This document shows positions 9,235-18,307 of a stretch of DNA of 64,000 nt, one piece after another (the first letter of the stretch is position 1; each line of letters begins with the position of its first letter). The stretch covers positions 1 through 64,000 of the forward strand of contig JBBRRY010000005.1 in NCBI GenBank assembly GCA_038245905.1, given 5' to 3'. The notes under the pieces were generated by a model. The model was not told where the DNA came from. It ran no database searches and saw only the letters and a list, made by a program, of their open reading frames with translations. The translations under genes and the position numbers were made by a program. The DNA is from Thermoanaerobaculia bacterium (lineage in GTDB: Bacteria; Acidobacteriota; Thermoanaerobaculia; UBA5066).

Positions 9235-9240
9235 TTGAAA
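9167..9240. repeat. Putative att arm: 10-bp inverted repeat plus IHF-like site
   Basis: GGGTCACTTT (9167-9176) / AAAGTGACCC (9194-9203); TAAGTAATTGAAA (9228-9240) is one mismatch from YAANNNNTTGATW. Confidence 0.5.
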
Positions 9241-9249
9241 CTAAAGAGT

Positions 9250-9326
9250 GGGCCCGTAGCTCAGTTGGATAGAGCAGCGGTTTCCTAAACCGCTTGTCGC
9301 AGGTTCGATCCCTGTCGGGCCCACCA
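9250..9326 (+). tRNA. tRNA-Arg (anticodon CCT)
   Basis: Full cloverleaf: GGGCCCG acceptor stem, GCGGT-TTCCTAA-ACCGC anticodon arm, GGTTCGATCC T-arm, encoded CCA. Confidence 0.97.
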
Positions 9327-9349
9327 TGTTGACCGTGCGTAGTGTTCTT

Positions 9350-9820
9350 CTAATTCGGCGGCTCTTCGGCAGTGGACCGCATGACCGTAGAAGCCATCCA
9401 AAGAAACACGCACATACACGCTGCGTACGGGATTCGCCGAAGCCAGAAGTTCGTCTCGATGAGACGATCGATGAGCGGGATCGACAAGCCCCCCGAGCTG
9501 AGCTGGATTTGAATCGGAACCTGAATGGCTGCCGTCGACAGCCAGACGATCACCTGCAAGGCAATCGCTAACCAGACCACCCATGTCGGGATCGCCGCGG
9601 GCTTGAACCCGAGAAGGAGAAACGTGAAGACCGTTCCGAGCATTGCCGGTGCGACCAGAAAGGTCAGAATCCGCGGCGTGATGAATCTGTGGTACTGCGT
9701 GAATTCGGCTGGTCCGATGAGGTTCCAACTCGGATAGTTCACGAAGCTTTCAATGAAGGCAGCTCCGTTGCCGTAGAACACCAGCGCGAAGGCGATGAGG
9801 AAGATCCAACGTGATTTCAT
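9350..9820 (-). CDS. Four-TM membrane protein, integron-cassette-like
   Basis: Hydrophobic helices; lower GC than flanks; ends in PPN* over a core-site-like sequence. Confidence 0.75.
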   Translation of the reverse strand: MKSRWIFLIAFALVFYGNGAAFIESFVNYPSWNLIGPAEFTQYHRFITPRILTFLVAPAMLGTVFTFLLLGFKPAAIPTWVVWLAIALQVIVWLSTAAIQVPIQIQLSSGGLSIPLIDRLIETNFWLRRIPYAACMCVFLWMASTVMRSTAEEPPN

Positions 9821-9865
9821 CCGTGGTTGTCCTACTGTCTATTCGAGGCGTGGCGCCAAATGCGT

Positions 9866-9897
9866 GCCGCCTAACGATATCAAGTTCAGCGGCGAGA
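9866..9897 (-). repeat. attC-like right half (L' plus R' core GTTAGGC)
   Basis: Minus strand reads CTCGCCGCTGAACTTGATATCGTTAGGCGGC, about 50 bp upstream of the ATG at 9820. Confidence 0.55.
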
Positions 9898-10009
9898 AGA
9901 GACGGCGCTCCGGCAAACGCCACTAACTAATAGCGCGACAGCCAGCTTCCACGAACTCTTCATGTGAGACCTCGTCGCAAGTCTAACCTCAGCTTTCGGG
10001 GTCGGACCG

Positions 10010-10435
10010 CTACTTCAGCACGACATGCGCGGTCCCGCCCTCCGGAACCGCGAACGAAACGGGCGCCAGGCCCGGGCATGCGAGCGTGCCGGACACGGGC
10101 GGAAAGTTCGTGAGGTGCATCGAGGCGATGGGGACCGATAGCTCGCCGCGGTTGCCCCACTGGCGGAAGACGAGCGAGATCCCCCGAGGCCCCGTCAGGC
10201 CGCACTTCAGCGGCCCTCCCTTGAGCCGATCGGCCGGGACGTCGACGTCGAGCGTCCCTCCGGGAGAGAGAGCGACGGCGAGCGCGGGGCCCGGAACGAG
10301 GACACCGTCGAATGCCGCGGGCGCGAGTCCGTTGGCCGCCGCGACGATCGCATAGGAGCCCGGCTTGAGGGACGGGATCTCGCCCCGGCCCGCGCTGTCG
10401 AGCCGGACATACGTGTGACCGTGATCGTCCCGCGG
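10010..10435 (-). pseudogene. 5'-truncated fragment of a carboxypeptidase-regulatory-like/Cna-B-type surface protein
   Basis: Open frame without a start: ...LDSAGRGEIPSLKPGSYAIVAAANGLAP...LSPGGTLDV...VPEGGTAHVVLK*. Confidence 0.55.
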
Positions 10436-10446
10436 TCAAATGAGAT

Positions 10447-12429
10447 TCAGAACAGCTTCATCGCCCGGAGCTCGCGGATCCGGTCGCGGAGCTGGCCGGC
10501 CCTTTCGAATTCCAGCTCCTTCGCGGCCGTCTTCATCTCCTTCTCGAGGTCCGAGATCTCGCGGTCGAGCGACGAGGCGTCCTTCGGTTTCCGCCGCGTG
10601 TCGAGGCCTTGCGGCTCGAAGTAGTCGAGGTTCGACATGGCGAGAAGCGGGGAGTCGAGCGACTTCACGATCGTCTCCGGCACGATGCCGTGCTCCTCGT
10701 TGTAGGCCCCTTGAAGCACGCGACGACGCTCCGTCTCGCTCATCGCCCGGCGCATCGAGTCCGTGATGCGATCCGCGTAGAAGACCGCGATGCCATTCAC
10801 GTTCCGGGCCGCGCGCCCGGCCGTCTGGATGAGCGAGGTCTCCGACCGGAGAAATCCCTCCTTGTCGGCGTCCAGCACGGCGACGAGCGAGACCTCCGGC
10901 AGGTCCAGCCCCTCGCGCAGGAGGTTCACGCCCACGAGGACGTCGAAGACGCCGCGCCGGAAGTCCGAGATGATCTGGATGCGCTCCAGGGTCTCGATGT
11001 CGCTATGCAGGTAGCGTACGCGTATGCCGAGCTCGAGGTAGTAGTTCGTCAGGTCCTCGGCCATGCGCTTCGTGAGCGTCGTCACGAGTGTCCGTTCGCC
11101 CTTCGCCGTCCGCTCCTTCACCCGCGAAAGGAGGTCGTCCACCTGCCCCTTGACGGGCCGCACCTCGATCGGCGGGTCGAGGAGGCCCGTCGGCCGGAGG
11201 AGCTGCTCGACGACCTCGCCACCCGTCTCCGCAAGCTCGTAGGCCGCGGGCGTCGCCGAGACGAAGAGGCGCTGCCCGGTCCGCTCCAGCCACTCCTCGA
11301 ATTTCAACGGCCGGTTGTCGAGCGCGGACGGAAGGCGGAAGCCGTAGTTCACGAGCGTGCCCTTGCGGGACTGGTCGCCGTGGTACATCGCGCGAAGCTG
11401 AGGGATCGTCTGGTGGCTCTCGTCGACGATCGTGACGTAGTCCGACGGGAAGTAGTCGAGAAGTGTGGGCGGCGGTTCCCCCGGCTGGCGCCCGGAGAGA
11501 TGGCGCGAGTAGTTCTCGATGCCGGAGCAATAGCCGAGCTCGCGCATCATCTCGAGGTCGAAGCGGGTCCGTTGCTCGAGGCGCTGGGCCTCCAGCAGCT
11601 TGTCCTGCTTCTGGAGATCGTCGAGCCGCACGACGAGCTCGGCCTCGATGGAGCCGAGGGCCCTCTTCCGCGTCTCTTCGGGCGTGACGTAGTGAGACTT
11701 CGGAAAGAGCTCGAAGCGTTCGATCGTCTCCAGGGTCTTCCCGGTCACGATCTCGAAGCGCGTGATGCGGTCGATCTCGTCGCCGAAGAACTCGACGCGG
11801 AGGCCCTGGTCCTCGTACGACGGCTGGATGTCGAGAACGTCGCCACGGACCCGGAAGCCGCCGCGCTCGAGATCGAAGTTCGTTCGTTCGTACTGCGCCT
11901 CGACGAGCCGCTTCAGGTACCACGTCATGCCGTACTTCGCGCCCTTCGTGAACTCGATCGCCATCTTCCCGAACGACTCGGGGCTTCCGAGGCCATAGAT
12001 GCACGAGACCGACGCCACGATCAGGACGTCGCGCCGCTCGAAGAGCGCGGCGGTCGCCGCGATGCGCATCTTGTCGATCTCGTCGTTGATCTGCGTTTCC
12101 TTCTCGATGTACGTGTCCGACTGCGGGACGTACGCCTCGGGCTGGTAATAGTCGTAGTACGAGACGAAGTATTCGACCCGGTTCTTCGGAAAGAACCCCT
12201 TGAACTCCTGGTAGAGCTGCGCCGCGAGCGTCTTGTTGTGCGACAGGACGAGCGCCGGTCGGTTCAGCGCCTCGACGACCTTCGCCATCGTGAACGTCTT
12301 CCCCGAACCCGTCACGCCGAGAAGGACCTGCTTCTCCCGACCCTCGCGGTATGCCGCGACGAGCTGCTCGATGGCGCGGAATTGATCGCCCTGCGGCGTC
12401 AGGGGGGAGAGAAACTCGAAGTCGGGCAC
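10447..12429 (-). CDS. uvrB: Excinuclease ABC subunit B
   Basis: [40 protein letters not shown]-type motif, C-terminal UVR domain. Confidence 0.98.
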   Translation of the reverse strand: MPDFEFLSPLTPQGDQFRAIEQLVAAYREGREKQVLLGVTGSGKTFTMAKVVEALNRPALVLSHNKTLAAQLYQEFKGFFPKNRVEYFVSYYDYYQPEAYVPQSDTYIEKETQINDEIDKMRIAATAALFERRDVLIVASVSCIYGLGSPESFGKMAIEFTKGAKYGMTWYLKRLVEAQYERTNFDLERGGFRVRGDVLDIQPSYEDQGLRVEFFGDEIDRITRFEIVTGKTLETIERFELFPKSHYVTPEETRKRALGSIEAELVVRLDDLQKQDKLLEAQRLEQRTRFDLEMMRELGYCSGIENYSRHLSGRQPGEPPPTLLDYFPSDYVTIVDESHQTIPQLRAMYHGDQSRKGTLVNYGFRLPSALDNRPLKFEEWLERTGQRLFVSATPAAYELAETGGEVVEQLLRPTGLLDPPIEVRPVKGQVDDLLSRVKERTAKGERTLVTTLTKRMAEDLTNYYLELGIRVRYLHSDIETLERIQIISDFRRGVFDVLVGVNLLREGLDLPEVSLVAVLDADKEGFLRSETSLIQTAGRAARNVNGIAVFYADRITDSMRRAMSETERRRVLQGAYNEEHGIVPETIVKSLDSPLLAMSNLDYFEPQGLDTRRKPKDASSLDREISDLEKEMKTAAKELEFERAGQLRDRIRELRAMKLF

Positions 12430-12433
12430 GGAG

Positions 12434-12874
12434 TCAGCGGGACGGATCCTTGAGAAAAGCCGTGAGGGAACTTAGCTCTTCCGGCGTCACCCGGTTGTCG
12501 GCAACGGCCGTGCGAACCCGGCCCTGGAAAGCCGCCACCTGCTGCGCCGTCACCGACCGGTTCCTGGCCTTCTCCGAGAACGCCTTCAGGGCCGCCCGGA
12601 ACTCCTCTTTTTCGGCGGGCGTCACGTCGGGGGCCGAGGCCGCGACGATCTGGTCGCCCATCTGGTCGAACGCGAAATCCATGAGCTTTTTCGCGTTGCT
12701 CATGAGAAACAGAAGGCCGACGATGACGGCCACCGAGGCTCCGGCACACCCGACGAGGCCCCATTTCAGGCAGCCCTGACGGCGGGCGCTCTCGGCCGCG
12801 TCTTCGAACGGCAGGGTGGTCGGCAGCCGCGGCGGCAGAACGGGCGCGGGCGTCGGCGGGAGAGATTCACTCAT
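12434..12874 (-). CDS. Hypothetical membrane protein
   Basis: [10 protein letters not shown] plus TM helix; ATG at 12874. Confidence 0.65.
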   Translation of the reverse strand: MSESLPPTPAPVLPPRLPTTLPFEDAAESARRQGCLKWGLVGCAGASVAVIVGLLFLMSNAKKLMDFAFDQMGDQIVAASAPDVTPAEKEEFRAALKAFSEKARNRSVTAQQVAAFQGRVRTAVADNRVTPEELSSLTAFLKDPSR

Positions 12875-12908
12875 CGCCCCGAAATTACCACTAGTGCGAG
12901 AATGAGAC

Positions 12909-15314
12909 GTGAGAGCACGCCGCTGGGCGGCCATGGCCGTCCTGTTCCTTCCGGTCCTCCTCACGGCCGGCATCGGCGCGGGAGCCGGGTATGCCCTCTC
13001 GCGGGTGATTCGGATTCCGAGGGTTTCGGAGCTCGCGACCTACCGTCCGGACATCATGACCGAGCTCAGGGGCGTAGACGGCTCGGTCATCGCGCGGTTC
13101 GCGATCGAGCGCCGCATGCTCCTCGAGCGGCCGGACATTCCGGACGTAATGGTCAAGGCGCTCCTCGCCGCCGAGGACGCCCGGTTCTATGACCACAGCG
13201 GCATCGACCTCATCCGCATCGGCGGGGCGGCGCTTCGCGACATTGCGACGCGCCGAATGTCCCAGGGAGCCTCCACCCTCACGCAGCAGCTCGCTCGCGC
13301 TGTCTTCCTGACCCCCGAGAAGACCTGGGCGCGGAAGATCAACGAAGTCTTTCTCACCGTCGAGATCGAGAAGCAGTTCTCGAAAGACCAGATCCTCACG
13401 CTCTACCTCAACAAGATTCCGTTCGGACACGGCACGTATGGGGTCGAGGCGGCGTCGCGTTGGTACTTCGGCCACGGCACGAAGACCCTTTCACTTCCCG
13501 AGGCGGCTCTGCTCGCGGGAATCATCCAGCGGCCCGCGTACTACTCGCCGTTCAACAACATTGCCGCCGCGAAGAACCGGCGCGATCTCGTCCTCCGCCG
13601 AATGGCGGAGGAAGGATTTCTCTCGGATGCGCAACGCGTGGCCGCCCAGGGAACGTCTGTGGACGTCATTCGCACGTCGCGCGAGACGACTCTGGGACTC
13701 TATTTCTGCGAGGAGGTGCGCCAGTACCTCGAGAAGGAGTACGGCGAGGGCGACCTCTACCGGGAAGGCCTGAGAGTCGACACGACGCTCGACCCGCGGC
13801 TCGAGACGTGGGCGGAGGACGCGCTCCGCCGCGGCCTCCGGCGGGTCGACCGCCGCTCGGGCTTCCGAAAGCCCCGCAACCTCATTGCCGAAGGGATCGA
13901 CCCCGATGAATACCGCGACCCCTCGTGGGCGGAGGGTGCTCCCCCGTCCGACACGCTTACGGCCGTCGTCCTCCAGGCGTCCAAGACGGGCGCCGAGGTG
14001 CGCGTTGGCATGAAACGGTTCACGGTTCCAGCGGCGGCCTTCCGATGGACGCGCGCAGAGAGCCCTGCGAAGGCCGTGCAGCGTGGCGACGTCATCCAGA
14101 TCGAGACGTCCCAGAGCGACGCCGGCAAGGAGGAGACGCTCGTAGCGCAGGACCCGCACGTCGAGGGCGCGGTCGTCATCCTCGAAAACGGGACCGGCGC
14201 CGTGCGCGCCCTCACCGGCGGATACGACTTCAACCGCTCGAAGTTCGACCGCGCCGTGCAGGCCCTCCGGCAGGTGGGCTCCGCGTTCAAGCCCGTCGTC
14301 TACCTGGCGGCGGTCGAGCAGGGCTTCACGCCCGCGGACACGGCGCTCGACGCGCCGCTCTCGATCGTCATCGACCCGAAGCAGCCGCCGTGGGAGCCGC
14401 AAAACTACGAGCGCAAGTATCTCGGGATCGTGACGTATCAGTACGCCCTCGAACATTCCCTGAACGTTCCGACCGTCCGCGTCGACCTCCTCGTCGGGAC
14501 GAAAAGGGTGATCGAGACGGCGCGCCGCCTCGGAGTCCGCCAGAACCTCCTCGCGTACCCGTCGCTTGCCCTCGGCTCTTTCGAGGTGACCCCCGTCGAG
14601 ATGGCGCAGGCCTATTCGGCGATCGCGAGCGGCGGGGTCACCTACAAGCCGTACTTCGTCGAGCGCATCCGCAACGCCGACGGAGTGACCCTCGAGCAAA
14701 ACACGCCGGAGCCCAAGGAAGCGACCTCACCCGCGTCGGCGTATGTCCTCCTGAACATGATGAAGGGCGTCGTGGCACGCGGCACGGCGGCCTCGGCCGC
14801 GCGGCTGAAGCTTCCCCTGGCGGGCAAGACAGGTACCACGAACGACTTCACGGATGCGTGGTTCGTGGGGATGACGCCGCGGCACACGATTGCCGTGTGG
14901 GTCGGCCACGACACGAAAAAGACGCTCGGGCCGAAATCCGCGGGCGCCGACGTGGCGCTTCCGATCTTCGTGCGCATCGTCGAGAAGATGAAGGACGCGG
15001 GCCTCGTGACGGAGACCGAGGACTTCGAAACACCCCAGGGTGTGGTTCTCGTGCCCGTCGACGAATCCACCGGCTATCGGGCGACGCCGTCCTGCGGCCG
15101 GGTCGTCCTCATGGCGTTCGCGAACGGAACCCAGCCCACGGACCTTTGCGGTGACCAGCCGCATGCCGTCACGAGCCTGCCCCAGTATCTTCAGCGCGCG
15201 ATGTACTCCCCGAAGCGCGGGGAGACGAAGGCCGACGAAGTCACCGTCACGGACGCCCCGAGACTCGCGGCGCCGCTCCCGAAAGCGGGGCCCCAGGGCG
15301 GGCCACCAGGCTAA
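12909..15314 (+). CDS. mrcA: Penicillin-binding protein 1A (class A PBP)
   Basis: EDARFYDH, QGASTLTQQL, RQVGSAFKP, SLN, AGKTGTTND. Confidence 0.93.
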   Translation: MRARRWAAMAVLFLPVLLTAGIGAGAGYALSRVIRIPRVSELATYRPDIMTELRGVDGSVIARFAIERRMLLERPDIPDVMVKALLAAEDARFYDHSGIDLIRIGGAALRDIATRRMSQGASTLTQQLARAVFLTPEKTWARKINEVFLTVEIEKQFSKDQILTLYLNKIPFGHGTYGVEAASRWYFGHGTKTLSLPEAALLAGIIQRPAYYSPFNNIAAAKNRRDLVLRRMAEEGFLSDAQRVAAQGTSVDVIRTSRETTLGLYFCEEVRQYLEKEYGEGDLYREGLRVDTTLDPRLETWAEDALRRGLRRVDRRSGFRKPRNLIAEGIDPDEYRDPSWAEGAPPSDTLTAVVLQASKTGAEVRVGMKRFTVPAAAFRWTRAESPAKAVQRGDVIQIETSQSDAGKEETLVAQDPHVEGAVVILENGTGAVRALTGGYDFNRSKFDRAVQALRQVGSAFKPVVYLAAVEQGFTPADTALDAPLSIVIDPKQPPWEPQNYERKYLGIVTYQYALEHSLNVPTVRVDLLVGTKRVIETARRLGVRQNLLAYPSLALGSFEVTPVEMAQAYSAIASGGVTYKPYFVERIRNADGVTLEQNTPEPKEATSPASAYVLLNMMKGVVARGTAASAARLKLPLAGKTGTTNDFTDAWFVGMTPRHTIAVWVGHDTKKTLGPKSAGADVALPIFVRIVEKMKDAGLVTETEDFETPQGVVLVPVDESTGYRATPSCGRVVLMAFANGTQPTDLCGDQPHAVTSLPQYLQRAMYSPKRGETKADEVTVTDAPRLAAPLPKAGPQGGPPG

Positions 15315-15338
15315 TTCTCCCCGCGCCTCGAGGCGGGG

Positions 15339-15370
15339 GTCCGGGGGCGCCCGAAGGCAAGCCCCCGGAG
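15339..15370. repeat. GC-rich hairpin between convergent genes (REP-like or terminator)
   Basis: TCCGGGGG...CCCCCGGA stem; similar CCGGGGGATTCCCCCGG near 19088-19104. Confidence 0.35.
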
Positions 15371-15397
15371 AGCGACGGGGGCCCTCCGGGCTGACGC

Positions 15398-15847
15398 TCA
15401 GCTCGCGAGCGGACGGACTTCCAGGGTAAGGGCCACGGTCACGTCGCGGTGGAGCTTCACGTGGACCGTGTGCGTCCCGAGGCGCTTGATAGGCTCCTCG
15501 AGGTCGATCTTCCGCTTGTCGACCGTGATGCCCTTGGCCTCCAGCGCGTCCGCAACTTCGGACGAGGTCACGGAGCCGTAGAGCGAGTCGTTCTCGCCCG
15601 ACTTCTTGTGGAGGACGATCTTCGCGCCCTCGATGGACTTCGCGACGGCCGCGGCCTGGTCTTTCTCGTGCTCGATGCGCGTGTCGTAACGCTTCCTCTC
15701 CTGCTCGAGCCGCTTCACGTTCCCCGTCGTGGCGGGATACGCGAGCGCCTTGGGAAGCAGGAAGTTCCGGCCGTAGCCCTCGGCGACGGTCACCACGTCC
15801 CCACGGTGACCCAGCCCCTTCACGTCGTCGGTCAGTACCAATTTCAT
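15398..15847 (-). CDS. rplI: 50S ribosomal protein L9
   Basis: MKLVLTDDVKGLG...GYGRNFLLP, LYGSVT. Confidence 0.97.
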   Translation of the reverse strand: MKLVLTDDVKGLGHRGDVVTVAEGYGRNFLLPKALAYPATTGNVKRLEQERKRYDTRIEHEKDQAAAVAKSIEGAKIVLHKKSGENDSLYGSVTSSEVADALEAKGITVDKRKIDLEEPIKRLGTHTVHVKLHRDVTVALTLEVRPLAS

Positions 15848-15890
15848 CGCGAACTCCTCAAGTGACGTCGGGTGACGGGCGATGTGCCGG

Positions 15891-16823
15891 TCAGAAGCCG
15901 CCGGGAATGTCCGGACCCGCCGGACCGTCGTCGGCCCCCTTTTTTTCGAGCCGCGTCCTCACGTCGACGAACTCGTCGAAGAGGCCCGAGAGAGCGAGAA
16001 GGAGGGGGAAGGGCATCTGAAAGACCAGCATGTAGACGAGCGCCCGGCCCACGAGGCCGGCTCTTCCCCGATCGAGAAGAGCGCGGATTATGGCGAGACC
16101 CCTCAGAAAAAACAAGACGCCGAGCGGAAGCAGCAGATCGATCGCCGGCCGGCGGAGCTCCGGCCCTGCGACCGCCGCCAGCAGTCCGGCGGGCACGAAA
16201 GCGGCCGCGGCGGCCAGCGGAGTCCGGAATTTGCTGAAAGACGCCTCCGACCAGTCCGCCTCGGCGAGCCCGGCGCCGCGCGCGAACCCGTAGACGACGA
16301 GAGCCGCGTGGATCACGGCGACGGCGAGCACGATCCCCGGTAGCTGCTCCTCGATCAGGACCCGTCCGAATTCGAAAAGCCGCGCGACCGTGGCGACCGA
16401 GGACTCGCCCCAGCCGCTCGAACGGTAGTTGGCCAGCATCTCGGGCACGAGCGCGGCCCACCGGCCGGCGAGGATGGCGCCCGGATCCTGCCCCGTCGCC
16501 ACAGCCGATCCGAGAAGCACCGCGAGGCCGCCGATCCCCGTGAGCGAGAAGACGGCGAGGAGGACCACGTCCCTCCGGCGGCGGTCGCGCGCCGTCGCGA
16601 AGAGGCCGACGGCCGGCAGGGCGACGAGGACGATCGCGAGCACGGCGGCAACGATCGCGCCGTCGGGCACGAGAAGCGCGCCGAGAACGATCGCGATCGG
16701 AATTGACAGAGCCGGCACGAGGAACCCCGCCGCGAGGCGCCTCGACTCGAGAGCCGCGCGGCCCAGGCGCGCGGCCGCATGCGGCGCCAGAATGAGGCCG
16801 AAGGGCGGCGCCGCCGCGGTCAA
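15891..16823 (-). CDS. DUF2232/YybS-family membrane protein
   Basis: Multi-TM, FFLRGLA and GLFDEFVDVR motifs, between rpsR and rplI; true start may be ATT at 16868. Confidence 0.8.
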   Translation of the reverse strand: MTAAAPPFGLILAPHAAARLGRAALESRRLAAGFLVPALSIPIAIVLGALLVPDGAIVAAVLAIVLVALPAVGLFATARDRRRRDVVLLAVFSLTGIGGLAVLLGSAVATGQDPGAILAGRWAALVPEMLANYRSSGWGESSVATVARLFEFGRVLIEEQLPGIVLAVAVIHAALVVYGFARGAGLAEADWSEASFSKFRTPLAAAAAFVPAGLLAAVAGPELRRPAIDLLLPLGVLFFLRGLAIIRALLDRGRAGLVGRALVYMLVFQMPFPLLLALSGLFDEFVDVRTRLEKKGADDGPAGPDIPGGF

Positions 16824-16863
16824 CGCCGCCGCAAGCGCCGCCCCGAGGACGGCGAGGGCTCGC

Positions 16864-17115
16864 TTAATCGGAGACGTAGGGAAGAAGCGCGAGGTAACGG
16901 GCGCGCTTGATGGCGGTCGCGAGCTTGCGCTGGTAGAAGGCGGACGTCCCGCTGATTCGGCGCGGGAGGATCTTGGCGCGCTCGGGGACGAATCCCGCGA
17001 GCACCTTCACGTCCTTGAAATCGATGTACCCGATCTTCTCGACCGTGAACTTGCAGACGCGCTTGCGGCGCACGAAGAATTTCTTCTTGATGGGTTTGCG
17101 AATGGGAGCGGCCAT
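16864..17115 (-). CDS. rpsR: 30S ribosomal protein S18
   Basis: [33 protein letters not shown]. Confidence 0.97.
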   Translation of the reverse strand: MAAPIRKPIKKKFFVRRKRVCKFTVEKIGYIDFKDVKVLAGFVPERAKILPRRISGTSAFYQRKLATAIKRARYLALLPYVSD

Positions 17116-17142
17116 GGTGTTTGTCTCCTGATGCTTCCCGCG

Positions 17143-17601
17143 CTACTCGGCGCGCGGATCGCCAGCCGGGTCGAGCGGCGGCATGGTGGGAGTGGGAGAG
17201 GGAGAGGGAGAGGGCGAGGAGTACGGCGCGTCGGAGACCTCGGGGCGGGGCCGGCGCGGCTTCGTGTTGCGCGCGACCTTCAGGCCGTGCTTGACCTCTT
17301 CGTCGATCCGGACGGAGAGGAACCGGAGGATGCTCTCCGAGAGGCGCATCTTGCGCTGCACCTCGGCGACACATGCGGTGGGCGCCCGGAAAAGGAAATT
17401 GTGATACGTGGCCTCCGTCCTCTTCTTGATGACGTAGGCGAGGCGACGGCGGCCCATCGACTCGTCCTTCTCGAGGGTCGCGCCGTTGTCGACGAGGAGC
17501 TTGCGGAACTCTTCGACGACGGCCTGCGCTCCCGCCTCGTCCTTCTCGGGGACGACGAGCAGGACCATGTCGTATTGGCGTTGCGGATTCGGGGTGGTCA
17601 C
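17143..17601 (-). CDS. rpsF: 30S ribosomal protein S6
   Basis: RQYDMVLLV, GRRRLAYVIKK, ILRF; AAGGAGG RBS. Confidence 0.95.
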   Translation of the reverse strand: MTTPNPQRQYDMVLLVVPEKDEAGAQAVVEEFRKLLVDNGATLEKDESMGRRRLAYVIKKRTEATYHNFLFRAPTACVAEVQRKMRLSESILRFLSVRIDEEVKHGLKVARNTKPRRPRPEVSDAPYSSPSPSPSPTPTMPPLDPAGDPRAE

Positions 17602-17690
17602 GTGGGTCTCCTCCTTCTGGATCGCGCCGGCGTCCGCCGGTCACGAGGCGCGGCTGTGGACCTCTGGTCCGGTGCCGAGCCAAGGTTGAA
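17602..17690 (-). promoter_or_regulatory. Possible structured rpsF leader (S6:S18-type autoregulation)
   Basis: CCTTGG can pair with CCAGAAGG over the RBS; internal hairpins GGACC/GGTCC and CCGGCG/CGCCGG. Confidence 0.3.
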
Positions 17691-17692
17691 AT

Positions 17693-18307
17693 TCAGCCTG
17701 CCGGATTCTCCTCCGGCAAGCGGTTGAAACGGTTCATGGCGGCGTCGATTCCCTCGGTCACGAAAACGGAGAGGGCGTCGCATGCCGTCGCAATCGACTC
17801 GTCCACGGCGGGGCGTTCCTTCTTCGAGAAGCGCGAGAGCACATAGGTGTCGAGGGGCTCGCCCGGCTGAAAGTTCTCGCCGCGCACGCCGAGGCGCAGG
17901 CGCGGGATGAGGTTCGTCCCGAAGCAGTCGATCACGGACTGCAGGCCCTTCTGGCCGCCCGAGGAGCCCGAGCGCCTGAGGCGGAGGGCCCCGACCGGAA
18001 GAGCCGCGTCGTCGGAGACGACGAGGAGACGGTCTAGAGGGACGTCGTACTTCGCCGCGAGGCCCTTCACGGACTCCCCCGAGGCATTCATGTAGGTCTG
18101 AGGCCGGGCCACGATCACCGGGCGGTCACCCACCTTCAGGCGCCCTGTGAGCGCGCGGCAGTCGAGCCGGTCGAGACGGGGTGGACCGCCGGCGGCCTTC
18201 TCCGCGAACGCCTGCACGACGTCGAAGCCGACGTTGTGCCGCGTCCCGGTATACCGGTCGCCGGGGTTGCCGAGTCCCACCACGAGGACGAGCCCGTCCG
18301 TTCCTAT
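17693..18307 (-). CDS. pth: Peptidyl-tRNA hydrolase
   Basis: VGLGNPG, TRHNVGF, PQTYMNASG; start is ATA at 18307 or GTG at 18283. Confidence 0.93.
   Translation of the reverse strand: MGTDGLVLVVGLGNPGDRYTGTRHNVGFDVVQAFAEKAAGGPPRLDRLDCRALTGRLKVGDRPVIVARPQTYMNASGESVKGLAAKYDVPLDRLLVVSDDAALPVGALRLRRSGSSGGQKGLQSVIDCFGTNLIPRLRLGVRGENFQPGEPLDTYVLSRFSKKERPAVDESIATACDALSVFVTEGIDAAMNRFNRLPEENPAG

Larger units (their letters stand above)
1..9249. mobile_element. Right end of an integrated phage-like/satellite element (left end outside window)
   Basis: Terminase genes, hypothetical cargo and a tyrosine integrase ending 15 bp before a tRNA; an IHF-like site and inverted repeats sit at the junction. Confidence 0.8.

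Noticed and set aside
1-9249. Second att copy (tRNA fragment) inside the window
   Set aside because: I found no duplicate of either tRNA-Arg end by eye; the other boundary must be outside the window.
9981-9995. Second GTTAGAC core-like site on the minus strand
   Set aside because: No properly spaced L box or partner arm; likely chance.
10609-12453. Long antisense ORFs such as 2723-4273, 10609-12453, 18181-19992, 21675-23333 and 39765-41375
   Set aside because: Shadow frames of real genes in high-GC DNA; no motifs.
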